The translations under genes and the position numbers were made by a program. A DNA stretch of 64,000 nt from Macrostomum lignano. Its lineage: Eukaryota. Of this stretch, positions 13,001 through 22,700 are shown piece by piece. Below the pieces are notes generated by a model. It was not told the DNA's origin. It did no database searches and saw only the letters and a program-made list of their open reading frames with translations. The number at the start of each line of letters is the position of its first letter. Position 1 is the stretch's first letter. Where the stretch lies: assembly GCA_002269645.1 (NCBI GenBank), contig NIVC01000099.1, positions 806,001-870,000 on the forward strand. Reading direction: 5' to 3'.

Positions 13001-15333
13001 CCGTCTTCCAATCCCGGAATTATCATCAGTATTTGCTTTTTTAACTTGCTTTTTTCTGAGTGCAGGTTAATGTTATTTCTGCAGGAATTATCGCTCCAAA
13101 AAATTAGGATTTAAAATCAGATTTCGATGAAAAACTAGCAACCAGCTATTAGTTTCGAACAAGTTTGTGTTGTGAAAATGAGCTTTTAATTTGGTTAAGC
13201 GATTTGTTTGTCTGCTCGCTTGGATTAAATAAAATGACTAGGGGGGTAGAGGAAGAGAAAGGGGTTTTCCAAGATCAATGTACAGGGGCAGAGAATGTAC
13301 ATAGCAGCGCCAGCTAATAAAAATCTGTGGGCCAAACAACCCCCCGCTGGGCCACGGCCCGCGCACTAGGCGAGGGTAATGAAATAAAAGCGATGTACGC
13401 AGACCGGTCAGTCCTCCCCTTAAACGGCCCTATGTACATCTGCAAGCTTTTTTCCGCTTAAAAAAACGGTGTGAAAATATAAATTGACCTTAAAGGTCAC
13501 CGCAGCTTAAATCAACCAATTCCCCTTCTTCGCAGGGCCGCTAGGCGCCTTCTCTGCTCCGTCCGGCCCGCCAATTCGCATCATGCGCCTGGAGCACCAG
13601 CTTCAGATTTCTGGACTGGGCTTTGCCGGCGACGCCGCGGCGGCCGGCGCCCAATTCTCCAGAGAGTTCACGCAGAACTTTGTCTGCGATAGTGTAAGCC
13701 AAATTCTGAGACTCAGATGAGGAAAATCATTGGCCCAGTGCTCTCAATTTTTTTTGTTAATTATTTACAGAATCCTCGTTTTTTATTCTAGATCGGCTTC
13801 ATCTATAACTTTGAAACTCCTTCTGCTATCAGCAATTGTTCGTGCAGCTTTGCTCTGTCTGGAACGTAAGTGGGATTGAAATCGACCCCCCTCTTTCCAA
13901 ATTGTTATTAACAGTGCATGTCTTGCTGTGCCTGTTTTATGCCTTCCCGTGGCCTACTCTCCCGTCTCCCTGTTCTCTCTTGGCCCCCCATGCCCTCCCT
14001 CGTCTCCCTGTGCCGTCTCCCATCTCCCAGTGCCCTCTCTCGTCTCCCCGTGCCCTCTCTCGTCTCCCCGGAGTTTCTTCACCGGCCTCTTTCCGCTTGT
14101 CAACCTTGCAGCGAGCAGACTAAAATCTTTGCAAAGTACACAATGACTTTCTCAACGGCCGAGAGCAGCCTGTTCAATCAAGCCACTGTGGAGCGAGTGT
14201 TCAACAAGGGGCTGCTGCTGTTCAATGCAGAATTTTCCGGCGGGCATCCGATGACTTCCTTGAGCGGTGAGTCTGAGCTGAACTTAACGCACCTGCCATG
14301 CTGCTTGGCCGCCTGTTTGTAATGCCTTCAATGTCTTTGCTTAATCAGTTTCGGCTTGTCTTTTGTATCTGCTTGTCTGTCCCTGCCTGTCCGTCTACTT
14401 CTTTTCTGTCTGTCTGTCCATCTACTGCTTGTCTGTCTGCCTGTCCATCTACTGCTTGTCTGTCCCTACACCTGTCCCTCCCCTCCCCAGTTGCCGTGTC
14501 CGCCAGTCTGGACGTGTCTCGCAGTCGGGCGTCCCAGGTGCAGCTGCAGGCCGAGCCGCCAAGCCTGGAGTCCTTGCCCGAGGCCCAGCGCCGCATCCTT
14601 GCCGAGCTGGCCGCCTCCATTGTCGCCGAGGCCGAGGCAGGCGGCGCCAGCCCGAACGACACGACGCCTGTCAGCTCGAGGCTCGAATCGCCGCTGCCTG
14701 AGGCCGCCGAGCCGCTGCAGCAGAAGCCGCCGAGCAGCGGCGAAGTCCTTCTGCTCGGCGTCGGCCTGGGCGTGGTCTCCGCCGCCGGCGCCGTAACGGC
14801 CATCGCCATCTGCCTCTACCTGGCCTGGCGGCTGCGCAGCTGGCGGCGGAATCGGCAGCGACTGCGACTGGCTGCCGCGCCAGCCGAGGACACCGCGGCC
14901 GTCAATCCGCGCTTTCAGGATGATGACAGCTTTTCTGGCGCCCACCTGTCTCTGAAGTCCGGTGAGCTCTCACTATTCACTCATCCACTCACTCGCTTAT
15001 TCACTCACTCGCTTATTCACTCACTCACTTATTCACTCATCCACTCATTCACTCAATCACTCATCCACCCACTCGCTTATTCACTCATCCACCCACTCGC
15101 TTATTCACTCATTCACTCATCCACTCACTCGCTCACTCACTCACTCACTAGCTGACTGGTTCACTCATTCACCCACTGTCTCAAATTGCAATCGGACTCA
15201 TTCGCAATAACCGCCTAGCAACTGAATGCCGCCCGCAGCGAAGGCCCCCGGCAGCCGGCAGCCGCAGGCGCGCCTTCATCGGGGCAGCTTGTCGGACAGC
15301 CAGAGAGGCTCCAGCTCCGCCCTGCTGTCCTGA
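189..15333 (+). CDS. Type I membrane mucin-like protein with tandem SEA-like modules, Thr/Ser-rich stalk, TM helix and short tail (5' end outside window; about 1157 aa here)
   Basis: Phase-consistent GT-AG exon chain: 189-484, 1231-1781, 2152-2237, 2663-2802, 3749-4156 (T/S/A-rich), 6555-6664, 6766-6854, 10439-10590, 10999-11117, 11235-11302, 11652-11812, 11894-12039, 12503-12579, 12662-12780, 13536-13693, 13792-13865, 14112-14266, 14491-14961 (TM VLLLGVGLGVVSAAGAVTAIAICLYLAW followed by RLRSWRRNR), 15239-15333 (stop; this last exon is the least certain). SEA assignment is inferred from module size and intron phases. Confidence 0.75.
897..1100. repeat. (CT)n microsatellite
   Basis: Long CT run with interspersed CAT. 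Confidence 0.95.
1800..2050. repeat. 16-bp C-rich minisatellite
   Basis: ctctccccactccacc units right after the donor at 1782. Confidence 0.9.
2298..2548. repeat. 24-bp minisatellite, ~10 copies
   Basis: tctgacaggttggggatcagcagg. Confidence 0.92.
2890..3582. repeat. 53/54-bp minisatellite, ~13 copies
   Basis: ggcgattcacgcccatgaggaccaaccccaaggcacagagagtgtacatgcct. Confidence 0.93.
4195..6480. repeat. 16-bp minisatellite split by the solo LTR
   Basis: gtgtgatcctggggaa at 4195-4390 and 5462-6480. Confidence 0.93.
4391..5461 (-). mobile_element. Solo LTR (1071 bp), probably Ty3/gypsy type
   Basis: TG...CA termini with short imperfect inverted ends (TGATGTGTTC / GAACACTCTACA) and 4-bp TSD GTGT (4387-4390, 5462-5465). 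It interrupts a 16-bp minisatellite. Minus-strand CCTATAAATA at 5031-5040 suggests orientation. No coding sequence. Confidence 0.75.
6884..10380. repeat. 24-bp minisatellite split by the TIR element
   Basis: ccacctgtctattccctatctatc at 6884-7243 and 9886-10380. Confidence 0.9.
7244..9885. mobile_element. Non-autonomous TIR DNA transposon (2642 bp), CMC/EnSpm-like
   Basis: Imperfect TIRs: CCCGACCGAAAATATTTGTCCTTT at the left end, and CCCGACCGGAAATAATTGTTCTTT as the reverse complement of the right end. Apparent 2-bp TSD (CC). Subterminal arrays of TGGCACA/TGTGCCA at both ends. The same 24-bp minisatellite lies on both flanks. Confidence 0.75.
10643..10922. repeat. 21-bp minisatellite, ~13 copies
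   Basis: catcagcctcttctgaatccc. Confidence 0.93.
12114..12288 (+). repeat. 13-bp minisatellite containing CAG|GTGAG
   Basis: ggacaggtgagct, ~13 copies. Confidence 0.9.
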
Positions 15334-15540
15334 GTTGACCTTCCCTGACCCCGAGGCCGGCTCACTGAACAGGAAACATTATGGACTTGAGACGGAGAGA
15401 CGGACACTGGGAAGTGGCAGTACCTGCTGCTCTGGTTTTTATTTCCTAAGCGATATGGATTATTAATATTTCTGCTTTTAAAGTCCTGCGAATCTCTCAA
15501 TTCATTTTCTGGATTGCCCGCATTCTTAATGTCCGCTGCC

Positions 15541-15757
15541 CAGGTGAGAATTGGTCCCCACCGCATGGCTGATAAATCAGCAACAAATCTGACACCAACA
15601 ACTGGCATCACACAGGTGAGAATTGGTCCCCACCGCATGGCTGATAAATCAGCAACAAATCTGACACCAACAACTGGCATCACACAGGTGAGAATTGGTC
15701 CCCACCGCATGGCTGATAAATCAGCAACAAATCTGACACCAACAACTGGCATCACAA
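15541..15757. repeat. 72-bp tandem repeat, 3 copies, between convergent gene ends
   Basis: caggtgagaattggtccccaccgcatggctgataaatcagcaacaaatctgacaccaacaactggcatcaca. Confidence 0.9.
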
Positions 15758-16232
15758 GAGTAGCAGACACGGAAGAGCATTCTCACCTGGCGGCAATCCG
15801 ATTTTGTCTTTCGTAGAATATCTGAGTAGCCAATATGAATGAATAATGCTTTCTATTGTGTTTAAATCTGCCTTTTAGCAGTGCGGAGATCATCGTGGCT
15901 CTGAATTCGCTTTTTACCCGGCAAGTGTTGAGCTGCCCTCGGCTAGTGAAATACACGAATAGTTTTCCTTTGTTTTCGTTTTCGTTGCATAAGAAAGCGC
16001 CCGCTTTTCGTGATTTATTTGCTTCTGATTAGCCTAATGAGTTTGCTGTATTAGGAATAAATATTTAATTATAGCCATCCCAGCAATAAATAGCTATAAC
16101 AATAGGTGCTTTAAAAATCAGCTTGCAAAATAGCAACATTAAGCTGCATAATGGATCAGAAAGTAGTCTCAATGCACGGAAAATACTTGGCCGAAATTGG
16201 AGTGAAATTGTGCAGTGCCAACTGCAAGCACC

Positions 16233-19075
16233 TCAGTCCTCAATGTAGGCGTCCAGCAGCTGCAGCAGCTCGGGGCCGCTGGTCCTGGCGTGCTGTTCGA
16301 ATTCCTTGGCGTCCACCTTCTTGTTGCTGTCCTGGAATCGTTTGGGATGGAATTTTAGCTGTCTGCTTGCTCTTCTCTCCCTTGTCTGCCGTGATTCCCT
16401 CCCTTGTCTGCCGTGATTCTCTCCCTTGTCTGCCGTGATTCCCTCCCTTGTCTGCCGTGATTCTCTCCCTTGTCTGCCGTGATTCTCTCCCTTGTCTGTC
16501 ATGATTATCTACCTTGTCTGCCGTGATTCTCTTCCTTGTCTGCCGTGATTCTCTCCCTTGTCTGCCGTGATTCTCTCCCTTGTCTGCCGTGATTCCCTCC
16601 CTTGTCTGCCGTGATTCTCTCCCTTGTCTGCCGTGATTCTCTCCCTTGTCTGCCGTGATTCCCTCCCTTGTCTGCCGTGATTCTCTCCCTTGTCTGCCGT
16701 GATTCCCTCCCTTGTCTGCCGTGATGATCTACCTTGTTTGCCGTGATTCTCTCCCTTGTCTGCCGTGATTCTCTACCTTGTCTGCCGCCATTCTCTACCT
16801 TGTCTGCCGTGATGATCTACCTTGTCTGCCGTGATTCTCAACCTTGTCTGCCGCCATTCTCTACCTTGTCTGACATGATGATCTACCTTGTCTGACATGA
16901 TGATCTACCTTGTCTACCGTGGTGATCTACGAGTATCTACCTTGTCTGTCTTGTGTAGTGCAAAAGGTAGGCAGTCACGTTCAACAACTTCCTCCCTTAT
17001 CTCCCTTGGAAGCCGAGGGATTTTCCGGCTATCCGTCAATAACACGTCACTCACAGAGTCTATCTGGCTGAAAAGCTTATCGATGTCGCGGTCAGTCAGC
17101 TGCCGGCTGTCCCTGGCGCCCACCAGGTAGGCCCGGCTGGTGGCCAGGTCGTGGTAATAGCGCCGGATCTCTGCCAGCTCGATGCAGCCGCTGGAGTCTC
17201 GATCGATGATGTCGAATACGACTGCGGTGGGAATGGGAGCCGCTTCGTGATGTCCACATCCCCAATCCCCACTCTCCCATACCCACACTCCCATACTCCA
17301 CACTCCCATACTCCACACTCCCATACTCCACACTCCCATACTCCACACTCCCATACTCCACACTCCCATACTCCACTCTCCCATACCCACACTCCCATAC
17401 TCCACACTCCCATACTCCACACTCCCATACCCACACTCCCATACCCACACTCCCATACTCCACACTCCCATACCCCACACTCCCATACTCCACACTCCCA
17501 TACCCCACACTCCCATACTCCACACGCCCATACCCCACACTCCCATACCCCACACTCCCATACTCCACACTCCCAATCCCCACAGTCCCATGCCCCACAC
17601 TCCCATACCCACACTCCCATACCCCACACTCCCATACTCCACACTCCCAATCCCTACAGTCCCATGCCCCACACTCCCATACCCAGGCTCCCATACCCCA
17701 CACTCATATCCCACACTCCCATACCCCACACCCCCATACCCAGACTGCAATACGCAATTGCTCCTTTATATCCCATTATATCCCACACACCATCCGACAC
17801 ATTTCCCAGATCTTCATTTAAGATTTTCCCCGGCGCAGCCACGCATGGCAGCTGCCTGGCAGTCTCTCACTTTGCACTTTAGTTGCCACCGGGAACCGGA
17901 TGAGCAGGATGAAGTACTTAATGAACTCCGAGGCGCTCAGCTCACCGTCGGCATTGGTGTCGAGCACCTGGAACACCGCGCTGATGAGCAGCTCATTGTA
18001 ACTGGTCATGTTCATCATGGCGAGGAAGTCCTTGAAGTCCTGGGCGGTGGAAACGAATGGACTCACTGTGGTAGGGTGAGTGAACTGGGCTCACTCTGGT
18101 TGGGTGAGTGAACTGGGCTCACTCTGGTTGGGTGAGTGAACTGGGCTCACTGTGGTAGGGTGAGTGAACTGGACTCACTGGGGTAGGGTGAGTGAACTGG
18201 GCTCACTCTGGTTGGGTGAGTGAACTGGGCTCACTCTGGTTGGGTGAGTGAACTGGGCTCACTCTAGTTGGGTGAGTGACTGGGCTCACTCTGGTTGGGT
18301 GAGTGACTGGGCTCACTCTGGTTGGGTGAGTGACTGGGCTCACTGTGGTAGGGTGAGTGACTGGGCTCACTGTGGTAGGGTGAGTGACTGGGCTCACTGT
18401 GGTAGGGTGAGTGACTGGGCTCACTGTGGTAGGGTGAGTGACTGGGCTCACTCTGGTTGGGTGAGTGACTGGGCTCACTCTGGTTGGGTGAGTGACTGGG
18501 CTCACTGTGGTAGGGTGAGTGACTGGGCTCACTGTGGTAGGGTGAGTGACTGGGCTCACTGTGGTAGGGTGAGTGACTGGGCTCACTCTGGTTGGGTGAG
18601 TGACTGGGCTCACTGTGGTAGGGTGAGTGACTGGGCTCACTGTGGTAGGGTGAGTGACTGGGCTCACTGTGGTAGGGTGAGTGAACTGGACTCACTCTGG
18701 TTGGGTGAGTGACTGGGCTCACTCTGGTAGGGTGGGTGACTGGGCTCACTCTGGTAGGGTGGGTGACTGGGCTCACTCTGGTAGGGTGGGTGACTGGGCT
18801 CACTCTTAGAGTGGCTGAAAGGGCTCACTTGAGAGCAAAGTACAAACAGCTTATCAACTCACATCTCTGCTCATGGTTTTCCTATTGAATCGGCAGAACT
18901 TGCGAAATGTGTCCACAGTGTAGTCTCTGTCCTCATCGCTCACTGAAAGCAGCAATTGGAGTTGTATTGCATAGCAGAGCATGCTCAATTAATTAGGTTA
19001 ATAACACTCACGGGAAAGTTTTGTTACTAATTTGTTAATCTCCTCTTTCTGCTGTTTAGCGAGCCTCGAGCCCAT
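16233..19075 (-). CDS. Neuronal calcium sensor (NCS/recoverin-like) family EF-hand protein, 192 aa
   Basis: Exons 19075-19012, 18942-18863, 18039-17871, 17221-17055, 16331-16233 join in frame. N-terminus MGSRLAK is a possible myristoylation site. EF1 is degenerate; EF loops DTNADGELSASE, DRDSSGCIELAE, DSDSNKKVDAKE follow. Size is typical of NCS proteins. Confidence 0.8.
16375..16915. repeat. 22-bp minisatellite (NCS last intron)
   Basis: cttgtctgccgtgattctctcc. Confidence 0.92.
17268..17745. repeat. 15-bp minisatellite (NCS intron)
   Basis: ccatactccacactc. Confidence 0.9.
18060..18805. repeat. 27/28-bp minisatellite (NCS intron)
   Basis: gactgggctcactgtggtagggtgagt / gactgggctcactctggttgggtgagt. 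Confidence 0.92.
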
Positions 19076-19767
19076 TGCTGTAAAGTGCTGTAAGCCGTCT
19101 GTAAGGAGCTGTCAGCAGAGAGCCACACACCACAGCAATGCAGAAGCAAACAGAGTTTCAGCGAAGCCGGCAGAACAAGCGCGCAGTTTTAACAGCGGGC
19201 TCAGGCAGACCTTTCAGTTCTGTACAGGCCGGGTGCGGGCGCTTCAACATTGGGCGAACAGAGGGGGGTGTGAGCGGAGTGCGGGCGGCAGTGTACACTC
19301 CCTGTGTACTCAGTGCGCGCGCCTCTGCCCAGCTTTTGTCTACCTTTCTTCCTCCCAACAGAAATTAGCTGTTTTTTATACTCTGACAATAGTAGTTTAA
19401 ATTAATTTCTGATGACAATGTACGTATATAGCAGGGGTGCCGAAATGTGTCCTAAAGAGTGCCAAAATGTTTCCTAAAGAATGCCGAAATGTGTTATAAA
19501 GGGTACCAAAGTGTCCTGAAGGGTCTATAATGCTGCCAAAATTCATAAATTGTGATTAACTTTACAAATTTACATTCATTTCAAGAAACACAGGAACGCC
19601 AGATCTGTAGAAGCATTCGATCCACTCGGTCTGTCACTCTAAATTAAATAAAAATAAAATGTATTTGCAATTCCTACACATTGACAAGCCATTTCCCCAC
19701 ACTGTTTCACACGAGTCCGCAACAGCCTACTAACAAGTAGCAAAATTTGCAGAGCGGGCGTTAAACA

Positions 19768-22700
19768 TCAAGCCAGCAGGCCCCACAGGAAGCTGCCCAC
19801 GGCGAATAGCAGCAGAGCTGAGCAGTTCACGACGCGGTCCCAGGCGCTGCCGCTCTTCATCTCCGCCACCAGCTGGCGCGCCCGCTCCGCGGCTTCGGCA
19901 GTGTCGGCCGCTTTTCGCTCCTCCTCGGTGGCGGCGCCGCCGTTGTCGTCATCGGAGAAGCCGCAGAACCAGCGGAGGAAGAAGCGGAAGGCCCGGCGAC
20001 TGACCGGCGTGTGCACCATAACCGTCTGTGGCTCGGACGCCGAGGGAGTCGACGGGTCGCCGACTGGCTTGAGCTCCAAGCCTTCGGGCTGCTGCTGCTG
20101 CTCTTCCTGAGCAGTTTCTTCTACTTCTTCTGCTCCTGCCGCTCCTGATGAAGGTTCAGCAGATGCCGGATCTTCTGCCTGCTGCTGCTGTTGGTCGTTT
20201 TGGGTCACCCAGGTGAGACCGGCGAGCTGCGGCGTGTGGAGTGGATGAGCAGGAGAACTGGAGTGGAATTTGCTGCAATACGAGCGTAGGCTAGAATGGG
20301 TTGGAATAAGTTGGAATGGATTGGAAAGAACTGGAATAGATTGGAGTGAAAAGGAATGGATTGGAGTGAACAGGAATGGATTGGAGTGAACAGGAATGGA
20401 TTGGAGTGAACAGGAATGGATTGGAGTGAACAGGAATGGATTGGAGTGAACAACAAAGGATTGGAGTGAACAGGAATGGACTGGAGTGAACAGCAATGGA
20501 TTGGAGTGGACTGGAATGGATTGGAGTGGACTGGAATGGATTGGAGTGGACTGGAATGGATTGGAGTGAACAGGAATGGATTGGAATGAACAGGAATGGA
20601 TTGGAGTGAACAGCAATGGATTGGAGTGGACTGGAATGGATTGGAGTGGACTGGAATGGATTGGAGTGAACAGGAATGGATTGGAGTGAACAGGAATGGA
20701 TTGGAGTGAACAGGAATGGATTGGAGTGAACAGGAATGGATTGGAGTGAACAGGAATGGATTGGAGTGAACAGGAATGGATTGGAGTGAACAGGAATGGA
20801 TTGGAGTGAACAGGAATGGATTGGAGTGAACAGGAATGGACTGGAGTGAACAGCAATGGATTGGAGTGGACTGGAATGGATTTAGTGGACTGAAATGGAT
20901 TTTAGTGGACTGGAATGGATTTTAGTGGACTGGAACGGATTTTAGTGGACTGGAATGGATTTTAGTGGACTGGAATGGATTTTAGTGGACTGGAACGGAT
21001 TTTAGTGGACTGGAACGGATTTTAGTGGACTGGAACGGATTTTAGTGGACTGGAATGGATTTTAGTGGACTGGAACGGATTTTAGTGGACTGGAACGGAT
21101 TTTAGTGGACTGGAATGGATTTTAGTGGACTGGAATGGATTTTAGTGGACTGGAACGGATTTTAGTGGACTGGAATGGATTTTAGTGGACTGGAATGGAT
21201 TTTAGTGGACTGGAATGGATTTTAGTGGACTGGAATGGATTTTAGTGGACTGGAATGGATTTTAGTGGACTGGAATGGATTTTAGTGGACTGGAATGGAT
21301 TTTAGTGGACTGGAATGGATTTTAGTGGACTGGAATGGATTTTAGTGGACTGGAACGGATTTTAGTGGACTGGAACGGATTTTAGTGGACTGGAATGGAT
21401 TTTAGTGGACTGGAATGGATTTTAGTGGACTGGAATGGATTTTAGTGGACTGGAATGGATTTTAGTGGACTGGAATGGATTTTAGTGGACTGGAATGGAT
21501 TTTAGTGGACTGGAACGGATTTTAGTGGACTGGAATGGATTTTAGTGGACTGGAATGGATTTTAGTGGACTGGAATGGATTTTAGTGGACTGGAATGGAT
21601 TTTAGTGGACTGGAACGGATTTTAGTGGACTGGAACGGATTTTAGTGGACTGGAATGGTAACCCACCTGCTCCCTGTCCACGGGTTTGGTGAGCAGCGAG
21701 ATGGCGGTCATGATCAGCGCTGCGAAGGCGAACAGCGCGATGCCGAAGTGCAGGAAGTGCAGCTGGGCGATGGGCGCAGGCCGGGTGTCCGCCTCGCCGC
21801 ACTGGGGCGGCGGGTACACAAAGTTCAGCACCATCCAGACCACGCCGATCACCATGGAAACCAGCAAGCCCCAGAAGACGCCCTGCACAAATTTTCAAAC
21901 ATTTCTGGATTGCATTTCACTTTTTCCGAAATCCAGCGCATCATACTACTCACCGGTTCAGTAGTGCGCGGCCACAGGCTGGCCATGAGGAAGACGGTGA
22001 GAATCGGCGGCGTGAGGTATGACGTCACCGACTGGGCGTAGATCACCAGCTGGCCGCCGCCGCTGGTGCGCACGATCGGCAGCCAGAGGACTCCGATCAC
22101 CGTCAGGGCCACGATGAACAGCCTGCGGGGGGAGGCGAGCTCAGGACGTTTGTGGGCTCGGCTTGAATCTCACTCTGTTCCGGTCGGGTCTCACTCTCCC
22201 CCAGTCGGGTCTCACTCTCCTTGGGTGGGATCTCACATTCTCGTAGTAGAATCTCACCCTCTGTCTGTAGAATCTCACCCCCTGTCGGTATAATCTCCTC
22301 CCCCTGTCGGTAGAATCTCACCCTTTTTCGGTGAGATCTTACCCTTCATTAGTAGAATCTCACCCTCTGTTGGTATAATCTCCCCCCGTCGGTAGAATCT
22401 CACCCCCTGTCGGTAGAATCTAACCCTTTTTCGGTGAGATCTTACCCTTCATTAGTAGAATCTCACCCTCTGTTGGTATAATCTCCCCCCTGTCGGTAGA
22501 ATCTCACCCCCTGTCGGTAGAATCTAACCCTTTTTCGGTGAGATCTTACCCTTCATTAGTAAAATCTCATACTCTGTCGGTCGGGTCTCCCTCACCCTGG
22601 TTGGGATCTTACTCTCCCTTAGTAGAATCTGGCGCACTATTGATAAAGTCTCGGTAGAATTGAATTTCACCTGCCCACTTGAGAATCTCACCTGCTCACT

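Noticed and set aside
12850-13475. Possible TIR pair (tttcacacgtttt / aaaacggtgtgaaa)
   Set aside because: The match is short and no TSD could be identified.
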